A DNA stretch of 64,000 nt from Thermodesulfobium acidiphilum (GTDB taxonomy: Bacteria; Thermodesulfobiota; Thermodesulfobiia; Thermodesulfobiales; Thermodesulfobiaceae). Of the stretch, positions 40,830 to 51,058 are shown piece by piece. Where the stretch lies: assembly GCF_003057965.1 (NCBI RefSeq), contig NZ_CP020921.1, positions 1,042,916-1,106,915 on the forward strand. Reading direction: 5' to 3'. Position 1 is the stretch's first letter, and each line of letters starts with the position of its first letter. The notes under the pieces are model-generated. The model saw nothing but the letters and a program-made list of their open reading frames with translations. It had not been told where the DNA came from and ran no database searches. The position numbers and the translations under genes were made by a program.

Positions 40830-43826
40830 TTAAGCCCTCCTCAAGTTAATCATCAAAGCTTTTGATTCCTGGATCTCAGAGGTCGGATCTCCTACGTTTT
40901 CAGTCATGAGATTTGCTGAAAAAGATTCATTTTTACCACTGTCAGGATCGATTCCTACAAAACCCCAATGCCATGGTATGCCTACTATATGAAACTTTTT
41001 GCCATCAATTATAACTGGTTGCAATCTGGATGTTACACATGCCTGAGCCTTTACTTTTCCTCTAATAGATTCAAGCTCCACTTTATCTCCATTTTTAATT
41101 CCAAGTTTCTTTGCTAATTCAGGATCTATTTCAGCAAATACCTGTGGCATTTCTTCAACCAAAATCGGGATCTTCCTGGTTATACTTCCACTTTGATAGT
41201 GTTCAGTCAATCTATAAGTAGTACATATATGTGGATATCTTGGATCGTTTAAAGGAGCGTACTTATCAACATCTGATTTGAAAATTATAGCTACAGGATT
41301 ATTTTGTACAGGACTTAAAAGATTTTTCACAGGAGCCTCAATGGGTTCATAGTGTTCAGGAAAGGGACCATCTTTAACCAGCCCTGAAGGCACAAAGAGC
41401 CTTCCTCCACCTTCAGGTATCATAATAAAAGGGGCATCTCCACCTGGAGAATTAGGTGCCTTTGTTGGAAGAAAATCTGGTACATCTGGACCTGTCCATT
41501 TTCCTTGGGCAGCATCCCATTTAATAACAGTTAGTTTTGAATTCCAGGGTTTACCCTCAAGATCACAGCTAGCCCTATTATAAAGAATTCTTCTATTTAC
41601 AGGCCATGACCATGCCCATTCAGAGTTAAGCCCTATTCCCTCTTTTTCAGGTTTTCTTCTTGCGGCTAAATTTCTAGTCGGTGGGTACACTCCTGAATAT
41701 ATCCAACAACCACATGCTGTAGATCCATCATCCTTAAGAGCAGCAAAGCTAACTAACTGTTTTTTTGTAGCAACCTCAAAACCATTAATCTCTTTTAAAA
41801 CAGAATCGATATCATACTTATCTCCACCATAACCCCATGTTAAGTTAAGTATGCCTTCAGGTGAAGGAGTAGAAGGATCGTCTTTAAACTGTTTTTTTAG
41901 ACCAATAACCAGCTTATTTAAAATAACCATATCTTCTTTTGATTCATACATAGGTTCTATTGCCTTATATCTCATTTGAAGCCATCTAGAAGTATTAGTA
42001 GCTGAACCGTCCTTTTCAACAAACGATGAAACTGGTAACATAAAGACTTCAGTTTTTATGTCTTTTGGAGCTACTCCAGGCCTCTTCCAGAAATTTGCAG
42101 TCTCAGTTTCAAAAAGATCTGCAACCATAAGCCACTCAAGGTTTTCTAAAGCTTTACCAGTTTTATCACCAAGAGGGCTTGATACTAGTGGATTTTGCCC
42201 CCAGATCATCATTCCCTTTATCCCCTCATTTTTATACAGATTATCCCAGATATACATCCATGAAGCTGGTTTGGACCACTTTGGAAGCCAATCATAGCCA
42301 AAATCATTTTCTTTTGTAGCTGCGTCTCCAAACCAGGCCTTAAGCATGCTAACAGCAAATTTTGGTGCATTAGACCAATAACAATCAGGAAGTGTGATTT
42401 TTTTTAGATACTCTTTAAAATTTGGATGAAGTTTCTCGTTGGGAGCGGCCAAATAACCAGGCCATGAGTTATAAAGAAGAGCCATATCAGTAGAACCCTG
42501 GACATTGGTCTCCCCTCTCATAGCATTCACTCCACCACCAGCCATACCTATGTTCCCTAACAAAAGTTGAATAATACAAAAAGCTCTGATGTTTTGTGTA
42601 CCAATTGTATGCTGAGTTAATCCCATCGCATACATCAATGTGCCAGATTTATCTGGCGCACCAGTTGAGCTATATAACTTTGCTATTTCAAGGAATGTCT
42701 CTTTTTTTATACCTGTAACCTTTTCTACAACTTCAGGCGTATACCTGGAATAATGCAATTTCATTTTTTGAAACACGCAATTTGGATCTTGAAGGGTCAT
42801 ATCTCTTAAAGGCTTATTATCTGGTCCGGTTTGATAAGCCCAGCTTTCATAATTATACGTTTTGCTCATCATATTCCATCCTGAAAAGTATCCATCCTTA
42901 AAGTTGTATTCAGGCTTTAAAAGATAAGAAGCGTTTGTATAGTGTTTTACATAAGTTTCCTGGTATTTATTATTCTGAATAATGTAGTTTATCAAACCTC
43001 CGAAAAAGGCTATATCAGTTCCAGGCCTTATTTGTGCATAGATATTTGAAAGTGCAGAAGTTCTAGTAAATCGAGGATCCACAGAAATGACTTTTCCACC
43101 GCGTTCTTTACATATATTAATGTATCTCGCACTGCCAGGATGATTTTCGGCAGGATTTCCACCACATATCATGATCACATCAGAATTTTTTACGTCTATC
43201 AGGGAATTTGTCATTGCCCCTCTACCAAAGCTTGGCCCCAAGGCAGTAACAGTAGAAGAGTGACAAATTCTTGCCTGATGCTCCAAATATACAATGCCCA
43301 GCGCCCTGGCAAACTTAGAAAACAGATAGCATTCATCTGTTCCGTGAGATGCTCCGCCAAGCATAGCAAGTCCCTCAGTTCTATTTACAGTTACTCCGTT
43401 TGAAGTCTTTATAAATGAACTATCCCTGGTTTTTTTGATTCTTTTGACAAGCTCAGAAATAGCCCAATCCCAGCTTTTCTCTTCCCACTTGTCAGAACCA
43501 GGAGCCCTATACATTGGTTTTTTTAATCTAAGTGGACTATCGTAAACGCTAAAACAGGTAGAACCCTTTGCACAAAGACCACCTTCACTATTCGGATTGT
43601 CAGGATCTCCCTCGACATTTACTACCTTACTGCCCTTTGAATAGACTAAAAGACCACAGCCAACTCCGCAATAAATACATACAGAATTTGTAACCTTGGT
43701 ATCCTTCAGTTTAAAGGGTATGCTTGCATAGGCAACCTTTGGCACAGCTACATTGCCATCGAATACCATCATTGCAGCACTAGCAAAGGAAAACTTAAGA
43801 AAATCCCTTCGATTAAATTTGTCCAT
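40830..43826 (-). CDS. fdnG: Formate dehydrogenase-N alpha subunit, cysteine form
   Basis: Tat motif NRRDFLK, CIYCGVGC...LCAKG, active site EHQARI-C188-HSST (TGT at 43263-43265). Confidence 0.95.
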   Translation of the reverse strand: MDKFNRRDFLKFSFASAAMMVFDGNVAVPKVAYASIPFKLKDTKVTNSVCIYCGVGCGLLVYSKGSKVVNVEGDPDNPNSEGGLCAKGSTCFSVYDSPLRLKKPMYRAPGSDKWEEKSWDWAISELVKRIKKTRDSSFIKTSNGVTVNRTEGLAMLGGASHGTDECYLFSKFARALGIVYLEHQARICHSSTVTALGPSFGRGAMTNSLIDVKNSDVIMICGGNPAENHPGSARYINICKERGGKVISVDPRFTRTSALSNIYAQIRPGTDIAFFGGLINYIIQNNKYQETYVKHYTNASYLLKPEYNFKDGYFSGWNMMSKTYNYESWAYQTGPDNKPLRDMTLQDPNCVFQKMKLHYSRYTPEVVEKVTGIKKETFLEIAKLYSSTGAPDKSGTLMYAMGLTQHTIGTQNIRAFCIIQLLLGNIGMAGGGVNAMRGETNVQGSTDMALLYNSWPGYLAAPNEKLHPNFKEYLKKITLPDCYWSNAPKFAVSMLKAWFGDAATKENDFGYDWLPKWSKPASWMYIWDNLYKNEGIKGMMIWGQNPLVSSPLGDKTGKALENLEWLMVADLFETETANFWKRPGVAPKDIKTEVFMLPVSSFVEKDGSATNTSRWLQMRYKAIEPMYESKEDMVILNKLVIGLKKQFKDDPSTPSPEGILNLTWGYGGDKYDIDSVLKEINGFEVATKKQLVSFAALKDDGSTACGCWIYSGVYPPTRNLAARRKPEKEGIGLNSEWAWSWPVNRRILYNRASCDLEGKPWNSKLTVIKWDAAQGKWTGPDVPDFLPTKAPNSPGGDAPFIMIPEGGGRLFVPSGLVKDGPFPEHYEPIEAPVKNLLSPVQNNPVAIIFKSDVDKYAPLNDPRYPHICTTYRLTEHYQSGSITRKIPILVEEMPQVFAEIDPELAKKLGIKNGDKVELESIRGKVKAQACVTSRLQPVIIDGKKFHIVGIPWHWGFVGIDPDSGKNESFSANLMTENVGDPTSEIQESKALMINLRRA

Positions 43827-43837
43827 TCATTTTACTC

Positions 43838-43879
43838 CTTGATAGTGAATATATTTTTTAATTTCAAAGCACTATCAAG
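43838..43879 (-). promoter_or_regulatory. 10-bp perfect inverted repeat overlapping the Shine-Dalgarno of Cys-fdnG
   Basis: CTTGATAGTG-22 nt-CACTATCAAG; the 3' arm includes the AAG of AAGGAG (43840-43835). Confidence 0.55.
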
Positions 43880-43898
43880 CTTATAATAGCATACTAAA

Positions 43899-43920
43899 TT
43901 GATAAAATAATCATTATCAA
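43899..43920. promoter_or_regulatory. Fur-family-like box upstream of Cys-fdnG
   Basis: TTGATAA-N8-TTATCAA; minus strand TGATAAT-G-ATTATTT matches the 7-1-7 Fur core TGATAATnATTATCA at 12 of 14 positions. Confidence 0.45.
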
Positions 43921-44063
43921 ACTTAAATATTTAATAAATGACTATATGAATAAAATATTTTTATAATAGAGTGCAAAGTTTAAGAATTTTTTAACAAAAT
44001 TATCATTAAAAAATGAATTTAAAATAAAATATTATAAAAAAGACTTATTATTAATAATAAATA

Positions 44064-44849
44064 TTATTTGCTGATCCAGGAAGCAGCATAAAAAATCTTA
44101 AACCATGAGGGTTTAAAATTTAAGTCTTTTACCGAAACGTCTAAATCCCAGCTGGATAAATAAAGCAAGGGATAAAGAGGTATATCCTCATTTTTTTCCC
44201 TCAAATCCAGCACCTTTAAATACATCCCACAAGCCTCACAAACCTCTACTCTCCATCCAGGGAGCTCATCTGCACTATAATACCTCATTGACTTTTGCTC
44301 TTCATCGGCACACACTGGACAAACTGTCCTTCTGTGTCCCCATCTCGTATAACAGGTTGAACATATCAAACTTTTTTTTCCATCTCCTTCAATAAAGCCT
44401 AGGCCAGCTCTTGATCCACAAACAGGACAAATTGGCTCATACCATTTTACAAGACTACATCCTTTAGAAAGTATTTCGCCAACGTAAGAGTAAATAGTAG
44501 AGTAGACTATTAACTTTATAAAACCAATTTTATCCTCAGATAAAGTTAGTTTATCAAATATTGGTAAATTTCTTTCATCAAACTTTACTTTTCCCTTAAT
44601 TCCAAAATCGTCTTTTACAATTTTTGCTAGAAAATTTAAATCTTTTTTATATATTTTTAATTCAAACAAATCCAAATAGGCTCTTCCTTCGTTAAATACC
44701 TTTTTAAATTCTTCTGTATCAATACTTTCTTCAGGTATAAAATCTTTTATTTTTGCCAATAACTTTTCTCTACAAGAATAATATTGATTCCAAAATTCTA
44801 CTACAGACTCTAATATTGGATACTTTTCAACAAACTTTATTAAATTCAT
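44064..44849 (-). CDS. fdhE: Formate dehydrogenase accessory protein FdhE
   Basis: CPVCGS, CSTCYTRW, CPVC, CEACGMYLK; lies between two fdn operons. Confidence 0.9.
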   Translation of the reverse strand: MNLIKFVEKYPILESVVEFWNQYYSCREKLLAKIKDFIPEESIDTEEFKKVFNEGRAYLDLFELKIYKKDLNFLAKIVKDDFGIKGKVKFDERNLPIFDKLTLSEDKIGFIKLIVYSTIYSYVGEILSKGCSLVKWYEPICPVCGSRAGLGFIEGDGKKSLICSTCYTRWGHRRTVCPVCADEEQKSMRYYSADELPGWRVEVCEACGMYLKVLDLREKNEDIPLYPLLYLSSWDLDVSVKDLNFKPSWFKIFYAASWISK

Positions 44850-44939
44850 CCAAAACCTCCAGTATTATGATTAAATTTAAGAGTTTATAAAAAAACTATC
44901 AGTCAATAACTATCTAACATATTATCAAACGTTAAAACA

Positions 44940-44975
44940 TTTGAGTGCAAAGCCAACTTTGACTTTGCACTCAAA
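44940..44975. terminator. Hairpin downstream of the Sec-FDH operon
   Basis: TTTGAGTGCAAAG-N10-CTTTGCACTCAAA with 13-bp perfect arms. Confidence 0.7.
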
Positions 44976-45027
44976 TTAAATATTACTAATTTCAACTTAA
45001 TACTAAATCTACTTAATTTTTAAAAAC

Positions 45028-45681
45028 TTAAGATTTTTTCAACTCCTCATACCATAGAGCATTGTGATGCTTCACATAATCTTCTTCTATCATACCGCTT
45101 CCAAGCATTGTTCCCAACTCTTTATTTGATGTAGGATTAATTGCAGCTAAGTAAAAATGTACTATTACTGCAGCCCCCAAGAATGTACCACAAAATACGT
45201 GAATCATTATAGCCATGCGAACAAGTAGCCCAGGGAAAAGTGCATAATAAAACATTATCAATCCTGTTATACCGAGTAAAATTGAAAAAACTATTATTAT
45301 CCAACCTAAGAGCTTTTGTCCAGCATTATATTTCCCCTGTGGCGGAACTTCATCTACCTTTATAATAGGATGCAAATATCCTCCCAACACAGAAAGCCAT
45401 TTTTTATCTTCAGGCGTAAAAGTACTAATTGTTTTAAAAAAGTTAGAAAACAACTTGAAGTTCCAGGAAACATAAATTATCGGAAGAATCACATAAAACC
45501 ATCCAAGATATTTATGAATAAATGCTGCGTTTCTAAGGCTCCCAAAAGTCATGCCAAGAACATTTGCCCAGGGATAAAGCAAAGAAACTCCTGTCCAAAG
45601 CATAATTATAAAGGTTATTAGATGCAACCAGTGAAAAATTCTTGTATTTTTTTTATGCTTCTCAATCTTTTTTACAGCCAC
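45028..45681 (-). CDS. fdnI: Formate dehydrogenase cytochrome b (gamma) subunit, Sec-FDH operon
   Basis: Close paralog of 39399-40049; PPQGKYNAGQK. Confidence 0.9.
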   Translation of the reverse strand: MAVKKIEKHKKNTRIFHWLHLITFIIMLWTGVSLLYPWANVLGMTFGSLRNAAFIHKYLGWFYVILPIIYVSWNFKLFSNFFKTISTFTPEDKKWLSVLGGYLHPIIKVDEVPPQGKYNAGQKLLGWIIIVFSILLGITGLIMFYYALFPGLLVRMAIMIHVFCGTFLGAAVIVHFYLAAINPTSNKELGTMLGSGMIEEDYVKHHNALWYEELKKS

Positions 45682-46460
45682 TACTGTTCACCTCCCTTTT
45701 TCCCCAGGTTAAGCGCTCTATGAAGTACAACCAGGCCAGCCGCGCCTCCTAACATTATTACACCTAGAGGATGCAATATTCCTTTCCACAAACCAATGTC
45801 ACTAGGAAATACAGGTTCTTTAGGAAGACCATATTTTTCAGGAGAATATTTCAATATAGCAAGAACTCCAAGTCCTCCAAGAATATTTTCCCCATAAAGA
45901 TTTGCTTCTGTATATCCTTTATTTTTTAAAACCTCAACTCTTTTTTTACCTTGCTCAACTAAATCACTTCTTTTTCCGAAATAAAGCGCTCCCGCAGGGC
46001 AACTCTTTACACATGCTGGGATAGAAGTCTTATCAGAGTCAGAACCTTCCATAACTCTAGAATAACACATATCACATTTATTTATAACTTTTCCAATCTG
46101 AGGAATTCCAAAGGGACATGCGCTGTGACAGTATCCGCATGCTATACACTTATTTTCATCAAAAGCTACTATTCCATTTTCAGCTTGAAACAATGCGCCA
46201 CTAGGACATGCCTTTACACATGCTGGGTCACCACAGTGAAAACATTGATATTTCAAAAAATTGAAATTTGGATCTGGAGTAAAGGTATCATAAAATTTTA
46301 TAATCATTCTCGTATCAGGATTTAGACTTGGTGGATTGGTATATACCCCATTAAATGTTGTAGGATCGGTTTTTTGATCGTTCCATTCCTTACAGATGCT
46401 CTGACATCCTCTACAACCCATACATTTAGAAGAATCATACATATAGGCCACTCTTTCCAT
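45681..46460 (-). CDS. fdnH: Formate dehydrogenase Fe-S (beta) subunit, Sec-FDH operon
   Basis: Four 4Fe-4S motifs; close paralog of 40049-40828. Confidence 0.92.
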   Translation of the reverse strand: MERVAYMYDSSKCMGCRGCQSICKEWNDQKTDPTTFNGVYTNPPSLNPDTRMIIKFYDTFTPDPNFNFLKYQCFHCGDPACVKACPSGALFQAENGIVAFDENKCIACGYCHSACPFGIPQIGKVINKCDMCYSRVMEGSDSDKTSIPACVKSCPAGALYFGKRSDLVEQGKKRVEVLKNKGYTEANLYGENILGGLGVLAILKYSPEKYGLPKEPVFPSDIGLWKGILHPLGVIMLGGAAGLVVLHRALNLGKKGGEQ

Positions 46461-46461
46461 T

Positions 46462-49455
46462 TTAGGCCCTCCTCAAATTAATCATCAAAGCTTTGGATTC
46501 TGGAATAAGACTTGTCGGATCTCCTACATTTTCTGTCACAAGATTTGCAGCAAAAGATTCGTCTTTACCACTATCTGGATCTATACCCACAAAGCCCCAG
46601 TTCCATGGAATTCCAACCACATGGTACTTTTTACCATTTATTATCATAGGCTGAACTCTGGTTGTAACACAAGCCTTTGCTTTAACCTTACCCCTTATGG
46701 ACTCAAGCTCAACATTATCACCGTCTTTGATACCAAGTTCCTTTGCAAGTTCAGGATCTATCTCGGCAAAAACTTGTGGCATAGCTTCCACAGTTATAGG
46801 TATCTTTCTTGTTATTGCACCAGATTGATAATGTTCTGCAACTCTATACGTAGTACAAATATATGGATATTTTGGATCGTGAAGTGGTGCATATTTATCT
46901 ATATTTGATTTAAATATCAAAGCTATAGGATTATTTTGTATAGGATTTACTTTATTTTCAACAGGAGATTCGATTGGTTCATAATGTTCAGGAAATGGTC
47001 CATCTTTAACTATACCACCAGGAACAAATAATCTCCCTTGTCCACCAGTAAGCATGATAAAGGGCAGCGTTCCTCCAACATCTGTTGGAGCCTTTGTAGG
47101 CAAGAAATCAGGCACATCTCTTCCTACCCACTTCTTCTGTGCAGCATCCCATTTTATAACGTATTTTTCCGGATTCCATGGATTACCTTCCAGATCGCAT
47201 CCCGCTCTATTATATAAAATTCTTCTATTTACGGGCCATGCCCAACCCCATTCAGGATTAAGTCCCAATCCAGTTTTTTCTGGCTTTCTTCTCTTCGCAA
47301 GATTCCCAGTAGGAGGATACATGCCAGAATATATCCAACACCCGCTAGCCGTAGTTCCGTCATCTTTTAAAGCAGCAAAACCAGGAACTTGCTTTTTGGT
47401 AGTCACCTCAAAACCGTTAATCTCTTTAAATACTTCTTCTGCGCTATGATTATGCCCGCCATAATTCCATGTTAAATTAAGAATTGCTTCAGAATTAGGT
47501 GTAGACGGATCAGATTTTACAAGGTCTTTTATTTTATGAATAAGATCGTGCAATATTACAGAATCCTCTCTGCATTCATAAAGAGGTTCAACTGCTTTAT
47601 ATCTCATCTGAAGCCATCTGGAAGTATTCGTAGCTGAACCATCTTTTTCTACCATAGATGCCACAGGTAGCAAAAATACTTCTGTTTTAATATTCTTTGT
47701 ATCAGCACCTGGCCTCCTCCAGAAATTAGAAGTTTCAGTCTCGAATAAATCTGCTATCATTAACCATTCTAAATTCTCGAGAGCCTTACCAGTTTTTTCG
47801 GCAAAGGGGCTGGATATCAATGGATTTTGCCCCCAGATCATCATACCTTTGATCCCTTCATTTTTATATAAATTATCCCATATGTGCATCCAGGAAGCTG
47901 GCTTTGACCACTTTGGTAACCAATCGTACCCAAAATTATTTTCCTTTGTAGCTGCATCCCCATACCATGCTTTCAACATACTTACAATAAACTTCGGAGC
48001 GTTAACCCAATAGCTATCAGGTGCGATTGATTTCTTAATAAATTCCTGTAAGTTTGGATGAAGCTTTTCGTTTGGCGAAGGCAAATAACCTGGCAGAGTG
48101 TGAAACAAAAGTCCCATATCAGTAGAACCCTGTACGTTAGCCTCCCCTCTCATTGCATTTACTCCACCACCAGCCATACCCATATTACCAAGTAAAAGTT
48201 GAATTATACAAAAAGCCCTGATGTTTTGTGTACCAATAGTGTGTTGAGTTAGTCCCATAGCATAAATCAAACACCCAGACTTATCTGGTGCTCCTGTAGA
48301 AGAATAGATTTCAGCAATCTTTAAAAAAGTTTCTTTTTTCATCCCAGCAACACTTTCTACTACTTCTGGCGTATATCTGGAATAGTGTTTTGCAAGCCTT
48401 TGGAATACACAATTTGGATCTTGGAGGGTCATGTCTTTCAAGACCTTCTTATCCGGTCCTGTTTGAAATCCCCAGGTTGCATAATTGTACATCTTTTTTG
48501 CCTCGTCCCAACCAGAAAAATGACCATCTTTGAAATCAAATTCAGGATTTAATAACCATGAAGCATTAGTGTAATTTTTAAGATAAACTTCTTGATATTT
48601 TTTGTTTTGAATTATGTAGTTAATCAATCCACCAAAAAATACAATATCGGTTCCCGGTCTTATTGGCGAATAAATATCTGAAATAGAAGAAGTCCTCGTA
48701 AACCTTGGATCTACAGATATTACTACTCCACCTGAATCTTTACACATATTTATATATCTTGCTATAGCTGGGTGATTTTCAGCAGGATTACCCCCACAAA
48801 TCATAATAACATCAGAATTTTTTACATCAGTCAAAGGATTCGTCATTGCACCTCTTCCAAAACTAGGACCTAAACTGGTCACTGTAGAAGAGTGTCATAT
48901 ACGTGCCTGGTGTTCGAGATAGACAATTCCAAGTGATCTTGCAAACTTAGATAGAAGATAGCATTCATCAGTATCGTGAGATGCTCCTCCAAGTTGGACA
49001 AGTCCATCAGTTCTATTTACTGGAACTCCTCCAACTTCTCTAACGAAAGTTTCATTTCTTGTTTTTAAAATTCTCTTTGCAACCTCATTGATAGTCCAAT
49101 CCCAGCTCTTTTCCTCCCATTTGTCTGAACCTGGAGCCCTATACATTGGCCTTTTCAATCTAAGCGGATTAACGTAAACGTTATAAGATGTTGCTCCCTT
49201 TGCGCATAGACCGCCTTCATTGTTAGGATTATCAGGATCACCCTCGATGTTTACTACCTTGCCATCTTTTGCATAAACCAATAGTCCGCAGCCAACGCCA
49301 CAGTAAATACATACTGAAGGACTTACTTTAGTATCTTTTAACTTAAAAGGCTTTACAGAAGCCCTTGCAGGCACAGCAATATTACCATCCATAACCATTG
49401 CCGCAGCCCCAGCAAATGTAAGCTTTAAGAAGTCCCTCCTTCTAAGCTTCCCCAT
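46462..49455 (-). CDS. fdnG: Formate dehydrogenase-N alpha subunit, selenocysteine form (997 aa, Sec187)
   Basis: Track ORFs 48895-49455 and 46462-48882 are in frame: EHQARI-TGA-HSSTVTSLG. The TGA aligns with Cys188 of the paralog; Tat motif RRRDFLK; selA is in the window. Confidence 0.96.
48849..48894 (-). promoter_or_regulatory. Bacterial SECIS element
   Basis: Directly after the UGA: lower stem CACUCUUCU/GGAAGAGGUG and apical GACC-AGUUUA-GGUC, with G as second loop base 18 nt from the UGA. The apical stem is absent from the Cys paralog. Confidence 0.75.
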
Positions 49456-49703
49456 TCATTTCACTCCCTTTTTGAGGCATATATAATATATAAATAAAAT
49501 TTTATAAAAGAATAAAAATAAATAGCATTCTTATAATAAAATTTATATCTCTTAATTATTTATTCTACAACTCAATTAATAAAAAAAGCAACAATATTTA
49601 ATAAAACATACTTATAATTTGCTAAGTTATATTTATCTATAATACTAGAGTATGCTTAACAGCCCCGAACCAAATAGAAATATCTCAATACCTTTTAAAA
49701 AAG

Positions 49704-51056
49704 CTATATTATAGCGCTAAAAACTATTTCAGATATCGTTGGGTGACCATAAATTATATCCCTTAGTTCTGTAATATTGACTTTACTTTTCATTGCTACT
49801 GCCATAATATGAACTAGCTCATATGCCATAGGACCAATAAACATAGCACCAATTATAGTCCCCTCATCCGAAGTAAGTGCTTTAAAAAAACCAGAATTTT
49901 GGCCCATAATAAGGGCTTTCCCATTACCCTTAAAAAATGCTTTATAAGTTTTATAAGGAATCACTTTTGACTTTAAATCCTCTTCAGTGAATCCAATACA
50001 TCCTACACCCGGATCTGTAAATACCACTCTTGGTAATAATTCATAGTTAATATTTTCAGTTTCGCCAAGTATTTTTTTAGCAACAGCTATCCCCTCTCTG
50101 GTAGCCACGTTGGCCAGCATTGGGGTTTTTATAATATCTCCTACAGCATATACACTGCTGTTATCTATGCTAAAGTCCTTCTCTGTAATTATGAAATCTC
50201 TTTCGGTTTTTGCATTAATTACTTCTAAATTCAGATATTTTGTATTGGGTACTCTTCCCACAGAAACTAATATAACATCTACAAAAATATCTTTAACTAA
50301 ATTATTTTGCCTATTTTTAAAACTAACCAGCAGCTTTTCATCTTTGTTTTGAATATTGACAATCTCTGAACTCGTGTTCACAGATATATTTCTCTTTTTA
50401 AATTCTCTCAGAAGAGTACGCGAAACCTCATCATCTTCTAAACCCATTATCTTAGGTAAAAATTCTACAATTGTAACGTTTGAACCGAAATAATTTAGCA
50501 ATGAAGCAAACTCACAACCTACGTAACCACCACCTACAATAAGAAAATCTTTTGGTAAACTTCCCAACTTTAAAAGGCCGCTACTCGAAATAATCTTGTT
50601 TTCGTCAATAGTCAAACCAGGAAGACTCTTTGGGTATGATCCGGTCGATAAAACTATATTGTTAGCAAAATAATCAACGTTGCCAATCCTTATAACATCA
50701 TAACCAGCTAGTCTTCCTTCCCCAAAAATCATTTTAACACCTGATTTTTTCAGTCTTGAAATTACTCCCTGTCTTAATTGATACTTTTGATCCTCTAAAA
50801 GCTTAATCGCATTCGAATAATCAATGCTAAAATCTATGTTGAAAATACTCTTGTATTCTCTCATTCTGTGAATTAAATGAGCACTTTCAACCAATGATTT
50901 TACAGGAATACATCCCTCATTCAGGCATGTCCCGCCAATCTTTTCTTCAGATTTTTCTACCAAGCATACACTTTTCCCTCTATCACCTAAATAAAGCGCA
51001 CACTCATAGCCAGCTGGACCAGCACCTATAATGATCGCGTCAAATTTATTTTCCAA
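49704..51056 (-). CDS. lpdA: Dihydrolipoyl dehydrogenase (glycine cleavage L protein)
   Basis: IIGAGPAG, GGTCLNEGCIP, IVGGGYVGCE, YAVGD, HPTISE; probable start TTG 51056 (the track uses 51074). Confidence 0.92.
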   Translation of the reverse strand: MENKFDAIIIGAGPAGYECALYLGDRGKSVCLVEKSEEKIGGTCLNEGCIPVKSLVESAHLIHRMREYKSIFNIDFSIDYSNAIKLLEDQKYQLRQGVISRLKKSGVKMIFGEGRLAGYDVIRIGNVDYFANNIVLSTGSYPKSLPGLTIDENKIISSSGLLKLGSLPKDFLIVGGGYVGCEFASLLNYFGSNVTIVEFLPKIMGLEDDEVSRTLLREFKKRNISVNTSSEIVNIQNKDEKLLVSFKNRQNNLVKDIFVDVILVSVGRVPNTKYLNLEVINAKTERDFIITEKDFSIDNSSVYAVGDIIKTPMLANVATREGIAVAKKILGETENINYELLPRVVFTDPGVGCIGFTEEDLKSKVIPYKTYKAFFKGNGKALIMGQNSGFFKALTSDEGTIIGAMFIGPMAYELVHIMAVAMKSKVNITELRDIIYGHPTISEIVFSAII

Positions 51057-51058
51057 CC

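Noticed and set aside
48895-49455. Apparent split or pseudogene of the second fdnG
   Set aside because: The TGA sits exactly at the catalytic Cys position of the paralog and has a SECIS, so this is one selenoprotein gene.
49456-49703. Search for a Moco/Wco riboswitch or ModE box upstream of Sec-fdnG
   Set aside because: Only low-complexity TATATA runs; no convincing structure or consensus.
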